Below are positions 29,269 to 39,577 of a stretch of DNA of 64,000 bases, in pieces. Source of the stretch: an uncultured Thermoleophilia bacterium. Its GTDB lineage: Bacteria; Actinomycetota; Thermoleophilia; UBA2241. The position numbers were made by a program, and so were the translations under genes. The DNA is taken from the NCBI GenBank assembly GCA_963715985.1, contig CAVQSP010000014.1, positions 384,001 through 448,000 on the forward strand, read 5' to 3'. The stretch's first letter is position 1. Each line of letters opens with the position of its first letter. The notes under the pieces were generated by a model, which was given only the letters and a program-made list of their open reading frames with translations, was not told where the DNA came from and did not search any database.

Positions 29269-29310
29269 AATCTTCAGGTCGCAGGTTCGAATCCTGCCGG
29301 GCGCGCCATT
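29269..29310 (+). repeat. attR core (42 bp, duplicated 3' half of tRNA-Arg)
   Basis: Identical to 19825-19866. Confidence 0.95.
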
Positions 29311-29951
29311 CTCACTTGCGGACGCGCGCTGTGCGGACGCGCACCGCCCAGCCGCAAGCGCGGAGGCGCAGGCGCGAAGGACGAGGGGCCGGACATGAAC
29401 GCCCTCGTCATCGTCATCCTCCCGGGCCAGCGGAAGCGGTGGGTACAGATGAAGCGCACCAGCGCTTCCCAGCATGCGTGGCCGGAGTACGGGTTCGTCG
29501 GTCTCCCCCCCGCCTCGAACGTAGCTCACTGTTCAGGGAGAGTACGAGCCTCATGGCATCGCAAGGGTGCTGCCGTTTGTGCTGTGGTCCACCGGCGAGA
29601 GAGCGCCAGGGGCGGGCCACACGGGCCGGGGATCGATTGAGGCAGGAGAAAGCCGGTGAGACCTGTGGCCCAGAGGGGCGCAGCAGGGGGACCGGCTGAA
29701 GTCATGCTACCCCGACACGACCGTGCGCTGAACACGCACGATGCAGGTATCTGTCGCCAGGGGTGACGACGGGCCGGGGATTGCGCAGGGCTACAGCAGC
29801 AGGCTACACCGCGTCGCGGTCGGTAGGGAGGGTGACGATAGGGGCGACGGGGTGACAACGCAGAAACGCCCATGATCGCGAAGAAGCGTCTCCCGGCGGT
29901 ACTCAAAGGACTGCGCGGCCTGACGGAGTCCGAGGCACCGGATGCGTACAG

Positions 29952-30059
29952 CTACCGGCGCGCGAACAACCAGAGGACGGCCAGGACTGCGACGAGCACG
30001 AATGCGACCACGAGCATCCAACCGCGCCACGTGAGCGCGAACGCCACGAAGGCATCCAT
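29952..30059 (-). CDS. 35-aa single-TM small protein
   Basis: MDAFVAFALTWRGWMLVVAFVLVAVLAVLWLFARR*, preceded by GAGGAAGGGG. Confidence 0.45.
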   Translation of the reverse strand: MDAFVAFALTWRGWMLVVAFVLVAVLAVLWLFARR

Positions 30060-30204
30060 CGTGCCCCTTCCTCTGTGCCCTGCAGGCGTGGCAAGACTAT
30101 CACGGTGGGCCCTCTGAACCGCTCAGCCGCGGTTCTTGCGAGTGTCCATGACGCAGTGATGCTCATCTGAGTCGACGCTCGCCGCCGTGTGCCGCGTGCC
30201 GGCA

Positions 30205-30415
30205 GTCCGCCGGCAGCTACTCCCCAGCTTCCTCGAGCCGCGGCGGCGAAGCGAGCAGGCCTTGGTCGCGGTCACCGCCCAGACATTCTGTGAACGGCGT
30301 CTCGACGCGCAAGGTCGAGCGCCTCGTCGCCCGGCTCGGCATCGAGAGCATGGGCCGCAGCGCCGTCTCCCGCCTCTGCCGCCCTCTCTATGAGCAGGTG
30401 CAGACCCTCCAAGAG
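30205..30415 (+). pseudogene. IS256-family transposase fragment
   Basis: PSFLEPRRRSEQALVAV and VNGVSTRKVERLVARLGIESMGRSAVSRLC match the IS256 transposase N-terminal half. Confidence 0.85.
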
Positions 30416-30418
30416 CCT

Positions 30419-31002
30419 GGATGTGCAGCCCCGAGGAACCTCCCGGCGAAGAGGGCGTGGAACGTTCAGACGGTGGCGACGGGAACTGGGGAGGCCCTCC
30501 CGGGCCTGGCGGACTGTGGAGAGTCGCCGGAGCGCCGCGCCCCAGGGCGGCGAGGAGCCGGGAAGTGGGTGTTGAGCCGGGAGGGCGTTGAGGCGACCGT
30601 AGTACCGCTTGCAGCCGACGGGACAACAGAACCCGCGGCGAAGGGAAGGGCCGCTCCTTCGTCTGCGCGTCGCGTGGAGTGAATGGCCGGTGAGTGCCCT
30701 CGAGGCTAGCCCACCGAACAAGACAAGGTCCGAGAACTGCAACGATCGCTGTGCCGGGCGGCCAAGGCCGACCCGGGACGACGCTTCCATGCACCCTACG
30801 GCAAGGTCCACCGCAGGGTCACTGGACGCCCCGTCGCGCCACGACCGAGTCGGTCGTGGCGGGTCAAGCCGAATGCCGGCGGCAAGAGGAGTCGATGAGC
30901 CGTGTGAGGGAGAACCTCATGCACGGTTCGATGGGGGGCGGGAGGAGACCAGCGCCGGTGGGCTTGCGCCGTGCGGCGCCAGGCGCCTCTCGCCTACGCG
31001 AC
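30419..31002 (+). mobile_element. Group II intron remnant: 5'-truncated, with the RT ORF internally deleted
   Basis: Domain V GAGCCGTGTGAGGGAGAACCTCATGCACGGTTC (30897-30929); domain VI ending CCTACGCGAC; IEP N-terminal fragment DKVRELQRSLCRAAKADPGRRFHAPYGKVHRR (30722-30817). Confidence 0.85.
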
Positions 31003-31174
31003 CTTGACCGAAGTGGGAGTACATACCCATCGTGACTCTGCCCACCGTGAGGTGCGGGCAGTCGGCTCATTCTCTTCCAGCTCACGCCGGTCCTACCTCT
31101 CCACCACGAAGAGGTCGGCACCCCGGGCCCGTGCGACTACCACGCCGCAGCCGTGCGGTGCTCGCCTGGTAGCG

Positions 31175-31203
31175 CGGACTGTTGCGTCTGCTGCGGGTAG
31201 GCT
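31175..31203 (+). promoter_or_regulatory. Promoter of surface protein copy 2
   Basis: CGGACT-17bp-TAGGCT; conserved with TGGACT-17bp-TAAGGT upstream of copy 3. Confidence 0.55.
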
Positions 31204-31233
31204 GACGAAGGCACACATAGGGGGAGGTAGAAA

Positions 31234-32040
31234 GTGATGGGGAGTCCATTCAGCTCCCGGAGCGCGGCGCGCTTCTGGCACATCAGTGTGTTCGTCCTGA
31301 TCGTCGCCCTGCTGGCCTCAGGCGCGGCGCTGGCCGCTCCGGCCGCGCACGCTCTGGGCAGCATCGAGGGTACGGTCACGGCCGCGCCCGGCGGCACCGT
31401 TCCACTCGAGAACATCCTGGTCTACGCGTTCAATCCCGGCCAGGTGCCGGTGTCCGCTGTGCCCGACCTGTCGTATGCGGTCGCCTCGGACGGGACCGAC
31501 ACGAACGGCGAGTACAAGCTCGACGTCCCCGCCGGTGAGTACGCAGTGTGGTTCAGCGACGGCCTCATGCAGATCTCGGCAGTGCCGACGGTCAACGACT
31601 ACGTCGCTCAGTGGTTCTGAGGTTCCTCGCCTTTCGACTCCGGTCAGGGCCCGTGGGAGACGGTCAACGTCGTCGCCAACCAGAGGATCGCCGAGCAGAA
31701 TGACAGCCTCGCCCCGGCGAGCAACATCTCAGGTATGGTCTTCGCGGCGGGCGGCACCACCGGCCTCCTGGACATCGAAGTGTACCTGTACACTCGCGAC
31801 ATCGAGTGGTATTGGCCGGCGTGGGTCGAGGCCATCCAGGCCGGAGCCGGGCCAGGCCCTGCCGCCGTCACGGACAGCAGCGGCTCCTACACGCTTCCCC
31901 AGCTCAAGCCGACCAGGGGCGCAGCGGGTCCCGACGACTACTGGGTCTACTTCTACGATCCCAGCAAGCACCATGCGCCTCAGTGGCGCGACATGCAGCC
32001 GCCGCGGCTTCCCCGCCACAACCTCCAGTTGGGTATTGGC
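31234..32040 (+). pseudogene. Surface protein copy 2: in-frame TGA at 31618 and internally deleted (no linker or CTD)
   Basis: Signal peptide and ...AVWFSDGLMQ...VPTVNDYVAQWF*GSSPFD...AAVTDSSGSY...YWVYFYDP; then joins a homolog of the copy-3 3' UTR. Confidence 0.75.
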
Positions 32041-32045
32041 GGGGG

Positions 32046-32158
32046 CCAGCAGGCTGCTCGTCAGGTAGCAGCGACGGACAGCGAGACACGGGCCGCGTGC
32101 CCTGGGCGGCCCGTGAGCGACGGCGGCGGGGCCGGCAGTCAGCCGGCCCCGCCGCTTT
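32046..32158 (+). terminator. Three-hairpin 3' element and terminator, copy A
   Basis: Homologous to 34393-34505; final stem GCGGCGGGGCCGGC-agtca-GCCGGCCCCGCCGC-TTTT. Confidence 0.7.
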
Positions 32159-32407
32159 TCGCAAGGGGGCGGCGGCTCGGACGCCGCCGCCGTGACGCTG
32201 CAGCCCCGCACCGCACCGCCGCTCGTGGGCCTGACCGGCGCGTCGCGGGTGGCCGAGCCGAGCGCGGGGCGCTGCCGGGAAGAGATGCGTCGGGGGCGTC
32301 GAGAACACGACGGAGAACGGCTCATGGCGCTGCTGGCGCAGGAGCGCGCGTGCCGGGGGACGAATCTGTGTGTGGAGCCTCGGCTTCGCAGCGGTTGCCA
32401 GGTTGCG

Positions 32408-32436
32408 TGGACTATTTCGCCCGCTGCGGGTAAGGT
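32408..32436 (+). promoter_or_regulatory. Promoter of surface protein copy 3
   Basis: TGGACT-17bp-TAAGGT, then SD AGGAGGAGG. Confidence 0.6.
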
Positions 32437-32466
32437 GACGAAGACAAACCCAGGAGGAGGTCGTGA

Positions 32467-34380
32467 GTGATGAGGAGTTCAAGCAGCTCCGGTAGCGTGA
32501 AGCGGTTGTGGCGCATCGGTGCCTTCGTCCTGCTGATCGCACTGCTCGCCGCCGGCGCCGCGTTCGCGGCCCCGGCCGCGCAGGCGCTGGGCAGCATCGA
32601 GGGCACGCTCACGGCCGCCTCCGGTCCGGGCACCGGCAATGCGCTCGAGAACATCAGTGTCTACGCGTTCGACCCCGCCGACGTCTCCCCTACCGCGCTG
32701 CCCAACCTGGCGCTTGCGGTCGACTCGGCCATGACCGGCGTCGACGGCAGGTACCATCTCGACGTCGCCAACGGCACCTACGCCGTCTGGTTCAGCGACG
32801 GCCTCATGCAGCTGCCGCCGGTGCCGACGGTCAACGACTACGTCGCCCAGTGGTACCTGGGCGCGTCGCCGTTCGACGCCGCCAACCCCGGCTGGACGCC
32901 GGTCGTCGTCAACGCCAACCTGAACACCCCCAACATCGACGACAGCCTCTACCAGGCCTGCATGATCTCGGGCACGGTCACGCCGAGCGTCGCCGGCATC
33001 GAGGTCTACCTCTGGTACCCCGAGATCGGCTGGACCTACAAGAACTGGGTCGAGAGCATCCAGAACGGTGCCGCCGGTGCGCCCATGCCCGCCGCGGTCA
33101 CTGACAGTGCCGGCTACTACCGATCACCCAGCTGAACCCGACCGGTGGTCCAGCCGGCCCGTCGGCCTACTGGGTCTACTTCCATGATCCCAGCGGTATG
33201 TACGCGCCCATGTGGCTCGGCGGGAACGCTCCGTGGGCTGGGCGGCACCGGCATCATTCAGCCCTTCGGCACAGGCCACGTCATCGGAGCAAGACGCCGC
33301 TCTGGCGCTCGGCGAGCTCCATCAGCGGCGCCGTGGACGGCGACCTCGGCTACGGTGGCCTGCAGGTCGACCTGGCGGGCGTCACGGTGCACGTCTTCGC
33401 GGACCCCTCTTTCATGATGGGCACGACGACGACGGACGAGTTTGGCAGGTACACCATCGGTGGTCTCCCGCCCAACGCCCAGGGATACAAGGTGAAGTTC
33501 GATGTTGATCCACCACATGCGTACACCGGCGAGTACTACAGCGAGTGGTGGAACAACCACCCCACTGGGGCGACGGCCGACTTCATCCCGATCGCCCACG
33601 GCGGCATCAACATCGCGGGGATCTACGCCCTCCTCCAGCCGAAACCGTGGCTGAGTTGGATCCATCCCGAGTCGGCCGCCAACGACGGCCCCAACCGCTT
33701 CGCGACCGAGGTCACGATGGGCGGCTGGGGTTCGGACTTCATCAGCAGCATCTGGCTCGAGCAGCAGGCCAGCCCCAACCGCGTGATCTACGCGTACGAC
33801 TGGTGGTACGAGGTCGGGGACATGGGCGAGGAGACGGTCCACGCCCTCTTCAACCTCGCCACGCCGCTGGCCCCCACCGGCATGTACCGCCTGGGCTGGT
33901 CGCACTACGACCCGTGGGACAATCACTGGAGTTACTGCGACCGACAACGCCTTCTGGGTGCTGAGCAGCTACGTGCCCATGCCGCCGGTGACGCCGACCC
34001 CGCTGCCGGCCGTGCCGGTCCCGGCCGTGCCCGCCGCCCCGGCCCCGGCTCCGGCCCCGGTCGTCACCCCGACCCCGGCCCCGCAGCCGGTCGCCGGTGA
34101 CATCACCACCGTGGCCTACGCGGCCAGCGTCAAGAAGGGCAAGATCGCGACCCTCAAGTATCGCGTCAACGAGGCTGTCCTCGGTGGCACCGCTGCCGTG
34201 AAGATCCAGGTCACGAACGCTGCCGGCGCCGTGGTGAAGAACATCACGGTCGCTGCTGCGCCGATGAACCAGGACAACAGCGTCGCCTTCAAGTGCAACT
34301 TCAAGAAGGGCACCTACAAGTACACCGTGACCGCTGCGAACGGTAAGAACGTCGCTTCGGCCACGCTGAAGGTCAAGTAG
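32467..34380 (+). CDS. Surface/S-layer-like protein copy 3 (full length, several indels)
   Basis: Signal peptide ending AQA; same domain series as copy 1; 3' 433 bp nearly identical to 1112-1544. Confidence 0.8.
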
Positions 34381-34392
34381 GATACACGGCCT

Positions 34393-34505
34393 CCAACAGG
34401 CTGTCCGTCAGCCAGCAGCGACGGACAGCGAGGCGCGGGCCGCGCGCCCTGAGCGGCCCGTGAGCGAGAGCGGCGGGGCCGGCGTGAGCCGGCCCCGCCG
34501 CTTCT
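34393..34505 (+). terminator. Three-hairpin 3' element and terminator, copy B
   Basis: Stems GCTGTCCGTC/GACGGACAGC, GCGGGCCGC/GCGGCCCGT and AGCGGCGGGGCCGGC/GCCGGCCCCGCCGCT. Confidence 0.7.
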
Positions 34506-34930
34506 CGTGTGAGGCGGAGCACGCGTGCCGCGGCCGTCACGCCTCGTACTCTTCATCGCGCCGCCGGTGGTCGCATCAGCGGGGACGGCCTTGTCACCCC
34601 GGCTCACTTCGCCTGATCGAGCGCGAGGAGGGGCGCAGGCGAGGCTCGGGCGGCGCGGCGGAGCGCCCCCTCTCGCTCGCGTCCCGGTTCCTGGCGACTG
34701 TCTCTTGCCGACGTCGCCAGCGGTCAATCAGGTGTGGTGGCCCAAGGGAACGAGGAGGGGCGATGTCTGGGCGGCGTTCCTCGTCTACGGGGTGTCGGGC
34801 CCCTTGAAACTGCGACCGTCCCCGCGGATTCGCACTACCCTGTCCGGGTACGCGTGATCCTCGCGTGAGGGGGTGGATCAGGGCGCTGCGCAGGGTTAGG
34901 CACTCCAAGACGGCGGGTAGAAGCTTGCCG

Positions 34931-35801
34931 ATGGAGCAGCCGGACGACACCCTCGAGACTCCCGCGTCCTCAGAGGCCACCCTCGCAGAGGCTGGGCCGG
35001 CTGCCGTCTTTGACCGTGTGGCTGCGGCCCTCGACGCGCACGACAAGCCCACCGCCGTCCGCACTGCCGTCGAGGCGGTGACGTCCGGGTACATCACGAT
35101 CCCCGAGCTCTACCGCGACGTGCTGACGTCCATCCTGGCCGCGACCGGCGCCGCCTGGCAGCGCGGGACGGTGGCCATCTGGGAGGAGCACCTGGCCAGC
35201 GCCACGGTGCGGACGATCGTCGAGATCCTGTATCCCGGCGTGCTCAAGGCCAAGGCCGAGGCCCCCGACGTCGGGCGCTCCGTGCTCCTCGCCTGCCCGC
35301 CCGAGGAGTCCCACGACCTCGGGCTGCGCATGGTCACCGATCGCTTCGACATGGCCGGATGGACAACGTACTTCCTCGGCCCGGACACGCCCGTGGAGGA
35401 GATCGCGGACGCGGCGGGGCGCCTCGGCGTGCACGCCATCGTCATGAGCTCCTCCACGCACTTCCACCGGCTTGCGGTGCGCCACGCGGTGGACTACCTG
35501 AAGCATGTGCTGCCCAACGTAGACGTGTGGGTGGGCGGCCCGGCCTTCGTGGGCGCGGTCACCGGGTGGCTGCCTCAGGAGATCGTGGACCTGGACGAGC
35601 TGCTCGGCGACCAGGCGCCCCGGGAGGACGTCGCGATGCGCCGGCGAAGACGCCGATCTCGCGAGCGAGGCGACCGAGGAGACCGGAGAAGAGGCCGCCG
35701 AGGACGGCACCGCGCCGGCCGCGGACGAGGCCGCGCCTGAAGCCCCTGAGGGCGTGGCCCCCGGGGACGCGGCCGCTGACGAGCCTGTCGCGGAGGACTG
35801 A
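34931..35801 (+). CDS. Cobalamin (B12)-binding domain protein, CarH-type sensor module with no HTH; acidic tail frameshifted
   Basis: W-x9-EH (WQRGTVAIWEEH), E-x-H-x2-G (EESHDLG), FLGPDTP and VGGPAF motifs. Confidence 0.8.
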
Positions 35802-35804
35802 CCG

Positions 35805-36945
35805 ATGCTCAGTTTCAGCATCGCCGTCCGCTTCCTGCGCAAGAGCCCCGTGCAGTCCATCCTCATCGCCGCCGGTATCGCCGTGGGCATCGGCGTGCAG
35901 GTCTTTCTGGGCTCGCTGATCATCGGGCTGCAGGACAGCCTGGTGGACCAGACCATCGGCAGCAGTCCCCAGGTCACCGTGCAGGCGAAGGCGCAGGGGA
36001 GTCCGGTCGACTACACGACACAGGTCAAGGACGCCATCGCGGCCCAGTCGCAGATCACCACCCAGGTCCCCGTGCGCCAGTTCTCCGCCATCCTCAAGCA
36101 GGGGGCAGACACCGTGCCGCTGCAACTCACCGGCGGTGACCTCGCGCAGCTGAACACCATCTACGACTTGAGCGGCAAGGTCGTGAGCGGCACGGCGAGC
36201 CTCACCGGCCCGGACATCGTGCTGGGCAACGACCTCGCCGAGAAGTACGGCCATCAAGCCGGGTCAGACGGTGTCTCTGGTGTTGCCCAACGGGAAGCCC
36301 ATCGACGAGAGGCTCGCCGCCACCGTGGACTTCGGCTCGTCGCAGGCCAACCTCAGCCTCGGGTTCACCTCGGCCGAGGTGGCGCAGCAGGTGCTGGGCT
36401 ACACGGGCGACCAGTACTCCGAGATCCAGACGCAGGTGACCAACGTGTTCGACTCGGTGCAGGTCGCAGACAGCCTGCAGGCTGAGCCGGCCCTGCAGGG
36501 ACTGAAGGTCACCGAGTGGCAGGCGGAGAACCAGGACCTGCTGTCGGCCCTGCAGTCGCAGAGCAGCTCGAGCTACACGATCCAGTTCTTCGTGCTGGTG
36601 GCCGTGGCGCTGGGCATCGCCTCCACGCTCGCCATCTCGGCCGTGCAGAAGACCCGCCAGATCGGCATCCTCAAGGCCATGGGCATGCGCGACCGCCAGG
36701 CCGGCCGCATCTTCCTCTGGCAGGCCGCCCTCCTGGGTCTGTGTGGCGCCGGGGCCGGGGTGGTCGTGGGTGTCGGGCTCATCAGTCTGTTCTCGCTCAC
36801 GGGCGGCAGCTTCACCTTCGGTCCCAAGCCCGGCTTCACAGCCATCTCCTTCGTCGTCGGCGTGCTCGTGGCGCTGGCCTCGTCGCTGATCCCGTCGCGC
36901 CGCACGTCGAAGCTCGACCCCATCGAGGTGATCCAGGGTGGCTGA
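35805..36945 (+). CDS. ABC transporter permease, FtsX/LolE-like (frameshift near 36250)
   Basis: N-terminal TM segment, extracellular loop, QKTRQIGILKAMG, C-terminal LDPIEVIQ. Confidence 0.88.
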
Positions 36946-37646
36946 CGTCCTTCTGCAGGCGGAGGGCATCGGGAAGACGTATGGCACCGCGGTGCAGACC
37001 GTGGCGCTCAGCGACGTCAGCTTCGAGCTCCACGGCGGCGAGTTCGCCTCGGTCATCGGCCAGTCCGGCTCGGGCAAGTCGACGCTGCTGAATCTCATCG
37101 GCCTGCTGGATACTCCGAGCGCCGGACGCGTGGTGCTCAACGGCCACGACACGGCGGCGGCCACCCGCAAGCAGCGGGCCGCCCTGCGCAACGACTTCAT
37201 CGGCTTCGTCTTCCAGTTCCACTACCTGCTGCCGGAGTTCACGGTGCTGGAGAACGTGATGATGCCCGGCCGCATCGCCGGCGTGAACGTGTCGGAGCTC
37301 AAGCCGAGGGCCGAGGAGTCGCTGGCGCTGCTCGGCCTGGAGGGCCTGGAGAAGAAGGGCGCCAACGACCTCTCCGGCGGGCAGAAGCAGCGCGTGGCCA
37401 TCGCTCGCGCGCTGATGAACCGGCCCGCCCTCCTGCTCGCCGACGAGCCCACGGGCAACCTCGACACGGTCAATACCAAGGCCGTGTACAAGCTCTTCCG
37501 CGGAGCTCAACGAAGAGCTCGGCACGGCCTTCGTGATCGTCACGCACGACCGCAGCGTCGCCCAGCAGACCGACCGCATCCTCGAGGTCCAGGACGGCCG
37601 GCTTCAGCAGGACGTGCGCAACGGGTACATCGCGCCGCAGGCCTGA
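36938..37646 (+). CDS. ABC transporter ATP-binding protein, LolD-like (frameshift near 37500)
   Basis: [33 protein letters not shown] and IVTHD motifs. Confidence 0.92.
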
Positions 37647-37789
37647 GCCGGCGGGCAGCGGCGGCACAGGCTTCGCCCAGATCGCCGCGCCGGATCGCCC
37701 GTGTGACTGCCGCAAACGAAGGTGGTATCCTTTGACGTCGCCGCACGGCCGAGGCGCGTGCGTGTCCGGGGGGTGCGGCGCAGACCGGT

Positions 37790-37866
37790 GGTGGACGTAG
37801 CTCAGTTGGTAGAGCTCCAGGTTGTGGCCCTGGCGGTCGCGGGTTCAAGTCCCGTCGTTCACCCCA
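37790..37866 (+). tRNA. tRNA-His(GTG)
   Basis: G-1/C73; anticodon arm CCAGG-TTGTGGC-CCTGG; CCA end. Confidence 0.95.
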
Positions 37867-37917
37867 TCCACGCGATGCACCGGCCGGCGCGAGCGCCGGC
37901 CGTCGACGTTAACGCGT

Positions 37918-38003
37918 GCGGGTGTGGCGGAACTGGTAGACGCGCTAGACTTAGGATCTGGTGAGCTCTGCTCGTGGAGGTTCAAGTCCTCTCACCCGCA
38001 CCA
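37918..38003 (+). tRNA. tRNA-Leu(TAG)
   Basis: Anticodon arm CTAGA-CTTAGGA-TCTGG; long variable arm; CCA end. Confidence 0.95.
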
Positions 38004-38087
38004 CAGGCTCAAGCCTGGACCCCCGCACGGACCATAGAGCGGGCGGCGCGCGGCTCAGCCGCCCGGCCAACAGACGGAGAACACACA

Positions 38088-39521
38088 GTGAAGACGAAGG
38101 TCGAACCCACAGGCGAGAACGAGGTCCAGCTCAGCGTCGAGGTCCCCGCCGACGACGTGAGGAGGGCCTACGACCGCGCGGTGGCCAAGGTCCGCAGCGA
38201 GCTCCAGCTGCCGGGCTTCCGCAAGGGCCGCGTGCCCGTCACGCTGGTCGTACAACAGTTCGGCGTGGACTATCTCCGCGCCGAGGCGCTCGAAGACGCC
38301 ATCCCCGAGTGGGGCGACGAAGCCTTGCACGAGGCGGACCTGTACGAGAACGCCGTCGGCACCTCGGACCTCCAGGCAGGACCGCTGGATGAGGCGGCCG
38401 ACTACACGTTCACCATCAAGGTGCAGACGATGCCGGTGCCCGAGCTCGGCGCGTACAAGGGCCTGCGCGTGCCCAAGCGCGCGGTCGAGGTCACGGACGA
38501 GCAGGTGGAGGCGCAGCTCGCCATGCTGCAGGAGCGGCTTGCCAAGCTGCAGCCGGTCGAGGACCGCGCCGTGCGCAAGGGCGACTTCGTGCTCATGGAC
38601 TTCGCCGGTACGCAGGACGGCGAGCCCATCGAGGGGGCCGAGGGCAAGGACCAGATGTACGAGATCGGCAGTGGCAACCTCATCCCGGGCTTCGAGGAGG
38701 CCGTCCAGGGCGTCATGCACGGCGAGGAGAAGATGTTCGACATCACCTTCCCGGACGACTACCACGCCGAGGACCTCGCCGGCAAGGCCGCCAGCTTCAC
38801 CGTGACCGTCAAGGAGATCAAGGAGAAGATCGTCCCCGATCTGGACGACGCCTTCGCCGTCGATGTGAGCGAGTTCGAGACGATGGACGAGCTGCGCGCG
38901 GACGTGCGTGCGCGCCTCGAGGCGGCCATACAGGCCGGCGTGCGCCGCGAGTTCCGCGCCGCCGCCGTGGACAAGGCGGTCGAGAACGCCACCGTCGAGG
39001 TGCCGTCCACGATGATCGACCGCGAGGCCCACCACCTCTACCACGAGCTCGAGGAGAACGTGGGCGAGCGCGGCCTCACCATGGAGGTCTACCTCGGCGT
39101 GCTCGCCAAGAGCCCCGAGGACGTGGAGCAGGAGCTGCGCCCGCAGGCCGAGCACGCCATCAAGAGGCGTCTCGTGCTGGAGTGCATCGCCGAGGCGGAG
39201 GGCCTCGAGATCGGCGACGATGAGATGCTCGAGTTGATCAAGACCGACGCCGCCGCCCTCGGCCGCGACCCGCTGCAGCTCATCGCCGATCTGCGCGAAT
39301 CGGGCAGGCAAGAGGCCGTACGCGCCGAAATGCTACTGGCCAAGACCGTCGACCTGGTGGCCGACGCGGCGGTGCCGGTGCCGCTCACGGAAGAGGAGGA
39401 GGCGGCCGAGGAGGACGCCGCCGACGCGGCCGAACCGGACGACGCCGAGCCTGAAGAGGCGGCGGCGGCCGAGGCCGCCGAAGAGGCGGCCGCAGACGAC
39501 GCAGACCCGGCCGCCGGCTGA
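38088..39521 (+). CDS. tig: Trigger factor
   Basis: [10 protein letters not shown]; FKBP domain ([19 protein letters not shown]). Confidence 0.95.
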   Translation: MKTKVEPTGENEVQLSVEVPADDVRRAYDRAVAKVRSELQLPGFRKGRVPVTLVVQQFGVDYLRAEALEDAIPEWGDEALHEADLYENAVGTSDLQAGPLDEAADYTFTIKVQTMPVPELGAYKGLRVPKRAVEVTDEQVEAQLAMLQERLAKLQPVEDRAVRKGDFVLMDFAGTQDGEPIEGAEGKDQMYEIGSGNLIPGFEEAVQGVMHGEEKMFDITFPDDYHAEDLAGKAASFTVTVKEIKEKIVPDLDDAFAVDVSEFETMDELRADVRARLEAAIQAGVRREFRAAAVDKAVENATVEVPSTMIDREAHHLYHELEENVGERGLTMEVYLGVLAKSPEDVEQELRPQAEHAIKRRLVLECIAEAEGLEIGDDEMLELIKTDAAALGRDPLQLIADLRESGRQEAVRAEMLLAKTVDLVADAAVPVPLTEEEEAAEEDAADAAEPDDAEPEEAAAAEAAEEAAADDADPAAG

Positions 39522-39577
39522 CGTTTTGGCGCGGGAAACACCAGTGGGACAGTATCGATACCGGGAAGGGTGAGCAC

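Larger units (their letters stand above)
19825..29310. mobile_element. Integrated phage satellite (PICI-like island, about 9.5 kb) in tRNA-Arg(TCT)
   Basis: 42-bp direct repeats, tyrosine integrase, divergent regulators, Xis, helicase plus origin, capsid, HNH and TerS; no TerL, portal or tail genes. Confidence 0.88.

Noticed and set aside
29269-29310. A second tRNA-Arg gene
   Set aside because: Only the 3' half is present, with no D-arm or anticodon. It is attR.
31618-31620. In-frame TGA in surface protein copy 2 as selenocysteine
   Set aside because: It aligns with Leu, not Cys, in the paralogs, and the copy is also truncated. A nonsense mutation or base-call error is more likely.
30419-34380. 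Diversity-generating retroelement (RT remnant next to variable paralogs)
   Set aside because: The RT fragment is a group II intron IEP N-terminus with no catalytic domains. Differences between paralogs are not adenine-specific, and no TR/VR pair is seen.
34560-34930. Cobalamin riboswitch upstream of the B12-binding protein
   Set aside because: There are several hairpins and an AAGGGAA, but I could not find the conserved GCCACTG or B12-box elements. An Infernal search would be needed.
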